Shown here: in pieces, positions 1 to 11,273 of the stretch
Position numbering within the stretch: the first letter of the stretch is position 1
Layout of the letters: every line of letters starts with the position of its first letter
Assembly: GCA_043732185.1 (NCBI GenBank)
Contig: JAYTHY010000054.1
Location: 1-12,888 of the forward strand
Reading direction: 5' to 3'
DNA: 12,888 nt
From: Fibrobacteria bacterium
GTDB lineage: Bacteria > Fibrobacterota > Fibrobacteria > UBA11236
The notes under the pieces: generated by a model
Told to the model about the DNA's origin: nothing
The model's database searches: none
The model's input: only the letters and a program-made list of their open reading frames with translations
Position numbers and translations under genes: made by a program

Positions 1-236
1 AAAAACCCTAGCAAAATCAGGCCTAGAATTGGGTGATGGCGGAAGAGGATCCGTTGACCAAGTCCTTGTCCCAACATGTGATATGAACCCTTCCCAGCCT
101 AAGTTTCGCCCCATGTATCATATTATTATTCGGTAGTCTTTTACCTCTCTGAAGACTTCTCTCCATCAAAGTTAAAGTGAAGCTTCACAATCACCATGCA
201 CTATGGTGACGAACCCACTCCAGCAAGGCCTTGTTT

Positions 237-245
237 TGCTAAATT
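237..245 (+). promoter_or_regulatory. Possible extended -10 promoter element (TGcTAAATT) for the kinase
   Basis: TGn plus a TATAAT-like hexamer about 40 nt upstream of ATG 287; no recognisable -35. Confidence 0.25.
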
Positions 246-286
246 TTTCTCGGAAAACCGGAAAGTTACAGATTCAGGAGCATTGC

Positions 287-1282
287 ATGCAAAACGGTAG
301 AAACGATTTAGTGGTGGGTGTGGGCGCGGCGTTAGTGGACCTTTTGGTGGAAGAGGACGACAGTTTTATCACACGGCTAGGCTCCGAAAAAGGTGGTATG
401 ACATTAGTGGAGTTGGCGACCATCGAAAACGCGGTTATCAGCACGGGTAAGAGCATCAAAATTGTACCCGGTGGCTCGGCATGCAATACCATGGTGGGCA
501 TTGGCAATCTCGGCGGCACGTCTCGGATGATTGGCCGGATTGGACGTGATGAATTGGGCCGAGCATTTCTAGATGGTTTGCAAAAGGCCGGTGTAGAACG
601 TCGTATTCATGAATCGGATCCCGCCACCGGTCGCGTGCTTTCTGTGGTGACGCCGGATGCGCAAAGAACCATGTTCACCTACCTGGGTACCTCATCGCAG
701 CTTGGGACACAAGATATTATCGAAGCAGATTTTACCGGAGCCCGAATGGTTTTACTGGAAGGGTATCTCCTATTCAATCGTCCCGTTGTCGAAAAGATTT
801 TGGCCGTGGCCAAAGCCGCCAATGCTCAAGTTGTGCTCGATCTCGCCTCCTTCCAAGTGGTCGAGATCTGCCGCGAATTCATCGATCAAATTCTCCCTTC
901 TGTAGACATTGTGCTGGCCAATGAAGATGAAGCCAAGGCTTACACGGGTCAGGGCGAAGCGGAATCTCTGGAAATCCTTGCGGGTAAGGTTGAAACCGCG
1001 GTAGTTAAAATCGGAAAGCGCGGGGTACTGCTGGCAAAGGGTCAGGAACGGCATGCCGTAGACGCCCATTTGGTCAAAGCCGTGGATACGACCGGCGCCG
1101 GGGATCTTTGGGCCTCGGGTTTTCTGTTTGGATTGACTCAGGGCCTAAGCCTGGACAATGCTGCCCGCCTCGGCTGTAAGGTCGGCAGTGAGGTGGTGCA
1201 GGTGATGGGAGCAGTTATACCGGATGCGGGCTGGAAGCGGGTTAAAGAGTATAGGACCGGTCTCAGTGGAGTAGGGGCCTAG
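287..1282 (+). CDS. PfkB/ribokinase-family nucleoside kinase (adenosine kinase-like)
   Basis: Motifs VGVGAALVD, KGGMTLV, PGGSACNT, DAQRTMFTYLG, ANEDEA and the anion-hole DTTGAGD. Start moved from 203 (ORF track) to ATG 287 because AGGAG at 276-280 sits 6 nt upstream and family similarity begins after it. Confidence 0.88.
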   Translation: MQNGRNDLVVGVGAALVDLLVEEDDSFITRLGSEKGGMTLVELATIENAVISTGKSIKIVPGGSACNTMVGIGNLGGTSRMIGRIGRDELGRAFLDGLQKAGVERRIHESDPATGRVLSVVTPDAQRTMFTYLGTSSQLGTQDIIEADFTGARMVLLEGYLLFNRPVVEKILAVAKAANAQVVLDLASFQVVEICREFIDQILPSVDIVLANEDEAKAYTGQGEAESLEILAGKVETAVVKIGKRGVLLAKGQERHAVDAHLVKAVDTTGAGDLWASGFLFGLTQGLSLDNAARLGCKVGSEVVQVMGAVIPDAGWKRVKEYRTGLSGVGA

Positions 1283-1301
1283 TCGGAACCTAGTCGGAAC
1301 C
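1278..1301. repeat. 11-bp perfect tandem duplication (CCTAGTCGGAA x2, plus CC)
   Basis: Read directly; the first copy contains the kinase TAG stop at 1280-1282. Confidence 0.9.
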
Positions 1302-1405
1302 CATTTGCCCCATTTCATTCGGCCGGACGCATTTTTTTGGGGGTTTGGGTAAAAAGTCCCATACACCCCCATGACAGATTAAGACTTTTCTGAGTAGATT
1401 TAGCC

Positions 1406-2929
1406 ATGGCCCGAATATTAACCGATCTCTCCCGCACCTTTTCCGAATATCTCCTGGTACCAAGGCTTACGCGTAAGGAAAATGTTCCTCGGAATGTTTC
1501 CTTGGTTTGCCCTATCATTCGCTTTAAATCCGGTGAAACGCCTCGCCTGTCGCTGAATATCCCCGTGGTATCCGCCAGTATGCAGGCCGTTTCGGGTAGC
1601 GATATGGGCATTGCGCTAGCGAGACATGGAGGGATGGCTTTCGTTTTTTGCTCCCAGTCTATTGAATCCCAGGCTGCCATGATCGCCAAGATCAAGAGTC
1701 ACAAGGCCGGGTTTGTACGCAGTGATTCCAATGTCAAACCCACGGCGACTTTGCAGGAGCTGCTCGATCTCATGCGGCGCACCGGCCATTCCACAGTTGC
1801 GGTTACCGAGGATGGGACCAACACGGGTAAATTTTCCGGCATCATCACGGACAAGGATTTTTGGGAGTTCGAAGATGATTTGTCCTCTCCAGTCAAAGCC
1901 CACATGACACCCAAGGAAAAGGTATTTCATGGCCAAGTTGGGATAACCCTCAAAGAAGCCAATCACCTTTTGTACAAGCATAAAAAAGAAGCCTTGCCGA
2001 TTCTCGAATTGGATGGCCGTCTCAATTCCCTAGTCTTCAAAAAAGATTATGTCGACCATATCAATAACCCGTTAGAACTGTTGGATTCACGCAAGCGCCT
2101 GGTGGCCGCAGCCGGCATCAATACCCACGATTATCGCGAGCGACTGCCCGCCTTGGTCGCAGCAGGCGTGGACGTCGTTTCTTTCGACTCCTCGGATGGA
2201 TTTTCCGAATTCCAAAAGGAAGCGTCGCTCTGGGCACGGGGCCAATACGGCGACACGCTCGTTATCGGTGGGGGAAACGTAGTATCCGCCGAGGGCTTTC
2301 GTTATTTGGTAGAAGAAGCCAAGCTCGATTTCGTCAAAGTCGGAATCGGCGGCGGATCTATTTGCATCACGCGTGAGCAAAAAGGCATTGGCCGCGGCCA
2401 AGCTTCCGCCCTCATGGAAGTAGCCGAGGAACGCGATAAGTATTTCAAGGAAACGGGCATCTACGTCCCCATTTGCTCGGATGGCGGTCTCGCCAACGAC
2501 ACGCAAATCATCGTGGCCTTAGCCATGGGCGCCGATTTTGTAATGATGGGGCGCTACTTCGCCATGACGGATGAGAGCCCCACGCCTAAGGTTTCCATTA
2601 AAGGCCGTGTGTACAAACCGTATTGGGGCGAAGGTTCCAACCGGGCCCGCAATTGGCAGCGCTATGTGGATGAAAAGGGCGCACAGCGTCTGCACTTCGA
2701 GGAAGGCATAGACGGGTACGTGCCAGTAGTGGGTTCCGTCCACGACGCGCTGGAAGTGACTATGGAAAAATTGCGTTCCACCATGTGCAATGTAGGTTCC
2801 AAAACGCTATCGGAATTCAGTGAGAATGCCGTGCTGACCTTGGTCTCCGAGCAGTCCATTGAGGAAGGTGGTACCTCTACCATCATCCAGGTCGATTCCA
2901 AGTTCGACGACGATACCCGGTCAAGTTAG
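1406..2929 (+). CDS. guaB: Inosine-5'-monophosphate dehydrogenase with CBS subdomain (Tritrichomonas foetus-like sequence type)
   Basis: [14 protein letters not shown], catalytic Cys loop [23 protein letters not shown], flap YWGEGS...WQRY, EEGIDG; CBS-like segment containing GIITDKD and ALPILE. Confidence 0.95.
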   Translation: MARILTDLSRTFSEYLLVPRLTRKENVPRNVSLVCPIIRFKSGETPRLSLNIPVVSASMQAVSGSDMGIALARHGGMAFVFCSQSIESQAAMIAKIKSHKAGFVRSDSNVKPTATLQELLDLMRRTGHSTVAVTEDGTNTGKFSGIITDKDFWEFEDDLSSPVKAHMTPKEKVFHGQVGITLKEANHLLYKHKKEALPILELDGRLNSLVFKKDYVDHINNPLELLDSRKRLVAAAGINTHDYRERLPALVAAGVDVVSFDSSDGFSEFQKEASLWARGQYGDTLVIGGGNVVSAEGFRYLVEEAKLDFVKVGIGGGSICITREQKGIGRGQASALMEVAEERDKYFKETGIYVPICSDGGLANDTQIIVALAMGADFVMMGRYFAMTDESPTPKVSIKGRVYKPYWGEGSNRARNWQRYVDEKGAQRLHFEEGIDGYVPVVGSVHDALEVTMEKLRSTMCNVGSKTLSEFSENAVLTLVSEQSIEEGGTSTIIQVDSKFDDDTRSS

Positions 2930-2956
2930 GGATTGGATTAAAAGTTCGGGCGAAGG

Positions 2957-4351
2957 TTATCCCGCCGCAGCCGCAACGCCATCCGCTAGTCCATGTTCCT
3001 TAAGTTTCCGCCAGAGTGTGGAACGTGAAATCCCCAATCGCTTGGCAGCTTCGGTATGATTGTTTCGGCACACTTCCAAAGCCTTGTGGATATAATTTTT
3101 TTCCAGCTCGGCGAGTGTCAGCAGGGAATGGGCATGGTTGTCGATCACGAGTTCCTCCGCTTTTGGTAATGCAAATAAGGCCGGTCCGCCCTGGGCACTG
3201 ACTAGGTATTCAGGCAAATCATCTAATGTGATGTTCTCGCCCTCGCACAGGGCCACCGAATGCTCGATGATGTTTTCCAGCTGTCGGATATTCCCGGGGT
3301 AATCGTAATTCATCAGAATGGCCTCGGCGCTTTTGGCCATGCCGTGGATTTCTTTTTTATTCAAGGCTGTATATTTTTTTACGAACGTACGAATGAGATT
3401 TGGAATGGAGCTGCGGCGGTCGCGAAGTGGCGGCAAAGTCAGGTGGAAAATACTGAGGCGATAATACAGGTCTTCGCGGAAGGAACCGTTGGCAATGGCG
3501 CGATGCAAATCCTTATTACTGGCAGCAATCACTCTTACATCTACGTACTTGTTCTCATTGTCTCCAACGCGTCTTATCTCTTTCTCTTGTAGGAAACGAA
3601 GGATTTTGACCTGGGTAGGTAGAGAAAGCTCACCGATTTCATCCAGGAACAACGTGCCTTTGTCGGCCACCTCGAACAACCCCTTGCGATCGGCCACGGA
3701 TCCGGTATACGATCCCTTGCGTGAACCGAACAGTTCCGATTCCACCAGGGTTTCTGGTATAGCTCCGCAGTTGACGGCCACAAAGCTTTCTTCGGAACGC
3801 TGGCTTAGGCGATGCACGATGTTGGCCATGAATTCCTTGCCCGTTCCACTTTCGCCCGAAATGAGAATGGTGCTATTGGTGGGGGCCACCTTGGATACGG
3901 TTTTCAGGATTTTTTTCATGGTCGGGGAAGCGCCAAGCAGATCTTCCAGGTATCGTTCCTCTAATACACGCACATTCCTGCGTGTCTGAGAATTAGCCAG
4001 GGCTTTAGAAGCGAGGCTTTCTAAGAGCTTAACGTTTACGGGTTTGATGAGAAAGGAATGGGCTCCCCGTTGCACGGCCTGTTCGGCTTTTTGCGTGTCC
4101 CTGACAGTGGTCAGCACAAATACTTCGATGCCCGGATTGCGCTCCTTGGCGAGGTCCAGAATGTCCAGGTTTTCAATGGTCAAGAATTCCGTGGACACGA
4201 ACAAGGCGCTGAGACCGCCTTGAGTCAGTAGCTTTATGGCGTTCTGCCCACCGCTGCTTTCCAGAATCTCGGTTTCAGGAATGGACCATTTGTTGAAGAT
4301 TTCTTTCTTGAGCTCTGGGTCATTGTCGAGTATGAAAATCTTCATAGCCAC
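2957..4351 (-). CDS. NtrC/Fis-family sigma54-interacting regulator (atypical receiver + AAA+ + Fis-type HTH)
   Basis: Walker A GESGTGKE, ESELFG, loop 1 GSYTGS, Walker B LFLDEIG, FREDLYYRL, PGNIRQLEN, HTH AAKRLGISRSTLWRKLK, and an N-terminal receiver-like fold. Start is GTG 4351 or ATG 4345. Confidence 0.93.
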   Translation of the reverse strand: MAMKIFILDNDPELKKEIFNKWSIPETEILESSGGQNAIKLLTQGGLSALFVSTEFLTIENLDILDLAKERNPGIEVFVLTTVRDTQKAEQAVQRGAHSFLIKPVNVKLLESLASKALANSQTRRNVRVLEERYLEDLLGASPTMKKILKTVSKVAPTNSTILISGESGTGKEFMANIVHRLSQRSEESFVAVNCGAIPETLVESELFGSRKGSYTGSVADRKGLFEVADKGTLFLDEIGELSLPTQVKILRFLQEKEIRRVGDNENKYVDVRVIAASNKDLHRAIANGSFREDLYYRLSIFHLTLPPLRDRRSSIPNLIRTFVKKYTALNKKEIHGMAKSAEAILMNYDYPGNIRQLENIIEHSVALCEGENITLDDLPEYLVSAQGGPALFALPKAEELVIDNHAHSLLTLAELEKNYIHKALEVCRNNHTEAAKRLGISRSTLWRKLKEHGLADGVAAAAG

Positions 4352-4358
4352 AAGACAC

Positions 4359-5477
4359 TCAGGTGAAAAATGTTCTGGCTTTTTGGAAAAATGATTTTGG
4401 ATGATCCTTTTCCTGAACCTTTTCCAGCTCCTTCAAGAGTTCGATTTCCTCCGAGGAGAGATTTTCAGGCGTATGGACGTGAATTTTTACGTACTGACTT
4501 CCCTTGTGCTGCCCTTGTAAGTCCGGAAGGCCTTTGTTTCGAAGGCGCATCAGCTTTTCGCTTTGGGTACCGGCGGGAATTTTTAAATCCACTTCTCCAT
4601 CTATGGTGCGCACCCGAATATCTCCACCCAAAGCTACGGCCGTGTAGGGTACTTCAACTTGACAGTACAAGTCGACGCCGCGCCGTTCGAAATAGTCGTC
4701 TTTAGCTTCCTTGATGGCAACGATAAGATCTCCGCTGGGTCCACCTGAAGGGCCCGCGTGGCCTTCACCGCGGAGGGTCAAGTAATTGCTCTCTTCGACA
4801 CCGGCGGGCACGTCGATGGAGAGGGTGACCTCTTCCTGATTCCGGCCTGCTCCACGGCAGACCGGGCATTTGGTTTTGATGGTCGAGCCGAGTCCATTGC
4901 ATTCCGGACACGAAATCACATTAACGATTTGTCCAAAAAAAGAACTTTGGACTTGTCGCACCTGGCCTGCGCCGCCGCAAACCTGACATCCCAATTTGTC
5001 TTTGCCACCTTGGCCGGCACACGGTGCGCATTTGTTGAATCGTTTTAGTTTTACCTTTTTGGTCACGCCAGCGGAAATTTCCGGTAGTGTGATTGTCAAA
5101 GCTATTTGGGCATCCTGACCGCGTGGAGGCCCACCACGACCGCGGCCGCGTTGATTGCGGCCAAATATGTCGCCACCGCCGAACACGTCCCCGAAGGCGC
5201 TGAAGATATCCTCGAAATTGCTGAAGCCTTCCGCCCCGCCTTGACCGCCTTGCATTCCTGCATGTCCAAAGCGATCGTATTGGGCGCGCTTTTGGGCATC
5301 GCCCAGCACGCTGTAAGCTTCCGCAGCCTCTTTGAATTTTTCTTCCGCGTCCTTATTATCCGGATTTTTGTCCGGATGATGCTTTACCGCCTGCTTTTTG
5401 TAAGCGGATTTTATAGCTGCAACATCCGCATCCTTCTGGACGCCCAGTACTTCGTAGTAATCCCGTTTTGCGGCCAT
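4359..5477 (-). CDS. dnaJ: Chaperone DnaJ (class A)
   Basis: J-domain with HPD, G/F-rich region with DIF-type motifs, four CxxCxGxG repeats and a C-terminal domain. Confidence 0.98.
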   Translation of the reverse strand: MAAKRDYYEVLGVQKDADVAAIKSAYKKQAVKHHPDKNPDNKDAEEKFKEAAEAYSVLGDAQKRAQYDRFGHAGMQGGQGGAEGFSNFEDIFSAFGDVFGGGDIFGRNQRGRGRGGPPRGQDAQIALTITLPEISAGVTKKVKLKRFNKCAPCAGQGGKDKLGCQVCGGAGQVRQVQSSFFGQIVNVISCPECNGLGSTIKTKCPVCRGAGRNQEEVTLSIDVPAGVEESNYLTLRGEGHAGPSGGPSGDLIVAIKEAKDDYFERRGVDLYCQVEVPYTAVALGGDIRVRTIDGEVDLKIPAGTQSEKLMRLRNKGLPDLQGQHKGSQYVKIHVHTPENLSSEEIELLKELEKVQEKDHPKSFFQKARTFFT

Positions 5478-5483
5478 GGAACT

Positions 5484-7424
5484 TTATTCCACTACTTCGA
5501 AGTCGGCATCCACGGCATTGCTGTCCTTGCCTTTGGCGCCGGTTTTGTCAGCAGGCTCGGCGCCAGCAGCTCCAGGTTGAGGTTGTTCGCCTTGGGCTTC
5601 GCCGGATTTGGCTTTATCAGCCGCGTCCTTATACATGGCTTCCGAAAGCTTATGCGAGGCTTCCTCCACCTTTTTGATGGCGTTTTTGACGGCATCCAGG
5701 TCATCGCTGTTTTCGATTTTTTTCAATTCCGCCACGGCTGTTTCCACGGCTTCTTTTTCTGCAGCAGAGACCTTATCGCCATGTTCCTTGATGAGTTTTT
5801 CCGTGCTGTAGATCATGTTTTCAGCTTGGTTCTTGGTCTCGGCCTTTTCCTTTTCCTTTTTATCAAGGTCGGCGTTGGCTTCGGCCTCTTTGACCATGCG
5901 TTGGATCTCATCCTCGGAAATTCCGGAAGACGCTTCGATCTTGATCTTCTGTTCCTTACCCGTGGCCTTATCCTTGGCGGTAACATGAACGATACCATTG
6001 GCATCGATGTCAAAGGTGACTTCGATTTGCGGCATGCCCCGAGGTGCGGAGGGGATTTCCTTCAGTTCGAATCGACCCAAAGTGCGATTGTGTCGGGCCA
6101 TTTCGCGCTCGCCTTGGAGCACATGGATGGAAACCGCCGGCTGATTGTCTTCAGCGGTTGAGAATACCTGGCTCTTGCGCGAGGGAATGGTTGTATTACG
6201 GTCGATGAGCTTGGTCATCACTCCGCCTAGGGTTTCAATACCCAGGGAAAGCGGAGTCACGTCGAGCAGCAACACGTCCTTGACGGCACTGTCTCCGCCC
6301 AGCACACCAGCTTGCACGGCCGCACCGATGGCCACGACCTCATCCGGGTTCACGCCCTTATGGGGTTCTTTGCCGAAAAATTCCTTCACCTTTTCCTGAA
6401 TGGCGGGGATACGGGTCGATCCGCCGACGAGAATCACTTCGTCGATATCCGCCATGGTTTTGCCCGCATCTTTGAGGGCCTGGGCACAAGGGGAAATGGT
6501 TCTGTCGACCAAAACCTGCGTCAGCTGATTGAACTTGGCTTGCGACAAGGTGAGATCCAAGTGTTTGGGTCCGGAAGCATCGGCCGTGATAAAGGGCAAA
6601 TTGATATTGGTCGATGTGGTACCGGAAAGATCGATCTTGGCTTTTTCCGCTGCTTCTTTTAGACGCTGCAGGGCCATTTTGTCGGAACGCAAATCTACGC
6701 CATTGTCCTTCTTGAATTCCGCAGCAATCCAGTCGATGATGATTTGATCGAAATCGTCACCGCCGAGATGGGTGTCGCCATTGGTGGACTTTACTTCAAA
6801 TACGCCATCGCCGATTTCCAGGATGGAGACGTCGAAAGTTCCGCCGCCCAGATCATAAACTGCAATGGTTTCGTTTTTCTTTTTGTCCAATCCATAGGCC
6901 AGAGCTGCAGCCGTGGGTTCGTTGACGATGCGGAGCACTTCCAGTCCGGAGATTTTTCCCGCGTCCTTGGTGGCTTGGCGCTGTGCGTCGTTGAAATAGG
7001 CCGGTACCGTAACAACTGCTTGGGTAACGGTCTCGCCCAAATAGTCCTCGGCAATTTTTTTCATAGCCTGCAGAATCATGGCTGAGACTTCCGGGGGCGT
7101 AAAGCGCTTGCCGTCAATCTCTACGGCTACTGGATCGGTGGCTCCACCGACAACCTTGTAAGGCAGGCGTTTCTTTTCTTCGTCCACTTCATTGCCGAGC
7201 CGACCCATGAAGCGCTTGATGGAATACACTGTGCGCTCTGCATTGGTAATGGCCTGACGCTTGGCCACATGGCCAACCAGCCGGTCACCGGTTTTGGTAA
7301 AGGCTACGATGGATGGAGTGGTCCTATGGCCTTCCGCATTTGGAATCACGGTGGGCTTGCCACCTTCCATAACCGCAACGCAAGAGTTGGTGGTGCCTAA
7401 GTCTATGCCGATGATCTTACCCAT
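5484..7424 (-). CDS. dnaK: Chaperone DnaK (Hsp70)
   Basis: [48 protein letters not shown] and C-terminal DADFEVVE. Confidence 0.99.
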   Translation of the reverse strand: MGKIIGIDLGTTNSCVAVMEGGKPTVIPNAEGHRTTPSIVAFTKTGDRLVGHVAKRQAITNAERTVYSIKRFMGRLGNEVDEEKKRLPYKVVGGATDPVAVEIDGKRFTPPEVSAMILQAMKKIAEDYLGETVTQAVVTVPAYFNDAQRQATKDAGKISGLEVLRIVNEPTAAALAYGLDKKKNETIAVYDLGGGTFDVSILEIGDGVFEVKSTNGDTHLGGDDFDQIIIDWIAAEFKKDNGVDLRSDKMALQRLKEAAEKAKIDLSGTTSTNINLPFITADASGPKHLDLTLSQAKFNQLTQVLVDRTISPCAQALKDAGKTMADIDEVILVGGSTRIPAIQEKVKEFFGKEPHKGVNPDEVVAIGAAVQAGVLGGDSAVKDVLLLDVTPLSLGIETLGGVMTKLIDRNTTIPSRKSQVFSTAEDNQPAVSIHVLQGEREMARHNRTLGRFELKEIPSAPRGMPQIEVTFDIDANGIVHVTAKDKATGKEQKIKIEASSGISEDEIQRMVKEAEANADLDKKEKEKAETKNQAENMIYSTEKLIKEHGDKVSAAEKEAVETAVAELKKIENSDDLDAVKNAIKKVEEASHKLSEAMYKDAADKAKSGEAQGEQPQPGAAGAEPADKTGAKGKDSNAVDADFEVVE

Positions 7425-7483
7425 TTTTATTCCCTTTCAAAAAACTTTTCTAATCCAAATCGTTAGCTAATCCGAGCCTTTAA

Positions 7484-8050
7484 TCAGGGCTTGCCGGTTG
7501 AAACAATCACTTTCGCATGTTTTAAAATCTTGGCTTTGGCCTTGTATCCCTTTTGCAGGACCTGGATGATTTGATTCTCGGGAACCGTATCACTGGGCTG
7601 CTGCATTAGGGCTTCGTGCAGGTTCGGATCGAAATCCTCTCCAACCGGATCCACTTCAGTTAAACCTTCATCGGACAGGATATCCTTGAACTTGTTATAG
7701 ATGAGGCGGATTCCCTTTTCCACATCTTCTTGATTACCCGTCTTATTTTTCGGGTCAAAGGCCAAGTTGAAATTATCCAACACTTCCGTCAGTTTCCCGA
7801 GCAGTTTGGCATTGGCATTGGCAATCAGTTCAAAATTCTCCCGTGCGCTGCGACGCCGAAAATTTTCAAACTCTGCGAACAGGCGTATGTACTTGTCTTT
7901 GTACTCTTGTAATTCCTGCGCGGTTTTGTCCTGTCCCATCTCATCACCAGCCTCATTGAGAATCGAATCCGAAAATTCTTCTGCAACCGGGATGTTACAC
8001 TCTTGCCCGTTGGGCTGTTCGCCAAAGTTCTGTTCTTGTGAATCCGACAT
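7484..8050 (-). CDS. grpE: Nucleotide exchange factor GrpE
   Basis: RLFAEFENFRRR, FDPNLHEA, QKGY and KHAKVIVS; lies between hrcA and dnaK. Confidence 0.97.
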   Translation of the reverse strand: MSDSQEQNFGEQPNGQECNIPVAEEFSDSILNEAGDEMGQDKTAQELQEYKDKYIRLFAEFENFRRRSARENFELIANANAKLLGKLTEVLDNFNLAFDPKNKTGNQEDVEKGIRLIYNKFKDILSDEGLTEVDPVGEDFDPNLHEALMQQPSDTVPENQIIQVLQKGYKAKAKILKHAKVIVSTGKP

Positions 8051-8062
8051 GCTTTCCTTTTT

Positions 8063-9109
8063 CTAACCGTTGCCCTTGTTTTTTTGGCGCCAACGGCTCA
8101 ATGCTTTTGCGGTGTAATCCACGATGGACACCAATCTCGAGTAAGGCATGCGCTTGGGGCCAATGACGCCGACAATCCCTTGGGCGCCGCCCATGTTGAA
8201 TGCCGATGTAACAATGGAAACCGACCGAAGTGGATACCCTTCCCGATGTTCCCGTCCAATGGTGACGTGAATGCCTTCCCTATCATTCCTCTGACGCAAG
8301 AAATGTACCAATGCCATTTTAGAGTCCAACAGGTCCATAATGGACTCTAAATCCTCGATAATCTCAAAATTTCGGCCATTTAGGATATTCTTCGCCCCGG
8401 AAATTTGAATCTGTTCATTCTTTTGGGCTTTAAGGAGTTTCGAAATGGAACGATCAAAAAATCGGAAGGCATTTTTTTCATCTTCAGAAGTGGACTTTTC
8501 CTTTGGATCCTGCAAAAGATCGTTCAATAATGAAACAGGTTTGCCCTGCATATGTTCATTTATTCGACTCGCAATGGCCTCTAGGCGGTAGATGGAAGTC
8601 TCAATCCCCGAATCGACCAAAGTAGTTCGGAAAACGGCCTCTGAAACTGAAAGGACAATTAGGATTCGATTTTCTGCCAGAGGAATTAATGCCAAATTTT
8701 TGAATAGACCGTCCTCAACCGATGGGGAAACAGCTATTCCCATTTGGTGGGTTAATCGTTCCAGCATACGTGCCGTATGCGCCAGAACTTCCTGCTCATC
8801 CTGGAACTCGGCCATTTCCGTCTCGATGGCAAGCTTGTGCTCGGGGCTCAGAAGTTCAATGGGCATCAGTTCATCGATATAGGTGCGATAGCCGCTATCG
8901 GTAGGCAAGCGCCCGGCGGAAGCATGGGGTTGTTCGACGAATCCCATTTCTTCGAGTTCCGCCATGGTATTGCGAATGGTGGCACTGCTAGTCTGGAACA
9001 TGGGATCCACACTGAGCACCTTAGAGGAAACGGGCTCCGCTTTTACGATATAGTGATCGACAATGGCAGTCAGGACCTGCTTTTGCCGAGAGTTAAGAGG
9101 GAGTGCCAT
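8063..9109 (-). CDS. hrcA: Heat-inducible transcription repressor HrcA
   Basis: RQKQVLTAIVDHYI, SSATIRNTMAELEEMG, QPHASAGRLPTDSGYR and C-terminal GVIGPKRMPY. Start placed at ATG 9109 (AGGA upstream), because the ORF-track start at 9151 lies inside the groEL terminator. Confidence 0.96.
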   Translation of the reverse strand: MALPLNSRQKQVLTAIVDHYIVKAEPVSSKVLSVDPMFQTSSATIRNTMAELEEMGFVEQPHASAGRLPTDSGYRTYIDELMPIELLSPEHKLAIETEMAEFQDEQEVLAHTARMLERLTHQMGIAVSPSVEDGLFKNLALIPLAENRILIVLSVSEAVFRTTLVDSGIETSIYRLEAIASRINEHMQGKPVSLLNDLLQDPKEKSTSEDEKNAFRFFDRSISKLLKAQKNEQIQISGAKNILNGRNFEIIEDLESIMDLLDSKMALVHFLRQRNDREGIHVTIGREHREGYPLRSVSIVTSAFNMGGAQGIVGVIGPKRMPYSRLVSIVDYTAKALSRWRQKNKGNG

Positions 9110-9125
9110 ACTAATCCTATTTATC

Positions 9126-9158
9126 AAAAATCCCCCGGCATCCAAAGACACCGGGGGA
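9126..9158 (-). terminator. Rho-independent terminator after groEL
   Basis: Minus strand reads TCCCCCGG-TGTC-TTTG-GATG-CCGGGGGA-TTTTT: an 8-bp perfect stem extendable by 4 pairs (two G-U), a tetraloop and a U5 tract. Confidence 0.85.
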
Positions 9159-9189
9159 CCTGTTCACTTCCGCACAGGGAAGGGATGCA

Positions 9190-11219
<2,030 letters not shown>

Positions 11220-11273
11220 TTTTTACTCCTAGGTTCTAAATTGAGTGTTGACTACCAGACTTCATGGAAACAT

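Noticed and set aside
1..114. Minus-strand frame open from ATG 114 to the window edge (MGRNLGWEGF...)
   Set aside because: Only 38 codons visible, no clear RBS and no recognisable similarity.
226..240. Sigma54-like AGGCCTTGTTTTGCT upstream of the kinase
   Set aside because: The GG-to-GC spacing is 9 nt, not the required 10.
203..286. N-terminal extension of the kinase from ATG 203
   Set aside because: No RBS and no family similarity; ATG 287 has AGGAG at good spacing.
2930..2965. Terminator between the convergent guaB and bEBP genes
   Set aside because: Only 3-4 bp stems are visible, too weak to call.
5106..7085. Long plus-strand ORFs antisense to dnaK/dnaJ (351 aa at 5106-6161 and others)
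   Set aside because: This is the well-known antisense shadow of hsp70 genes, often mislabelled NAD-specific glutamate dehydrogenase. Here it is broken by stops and is explained by codon bias.
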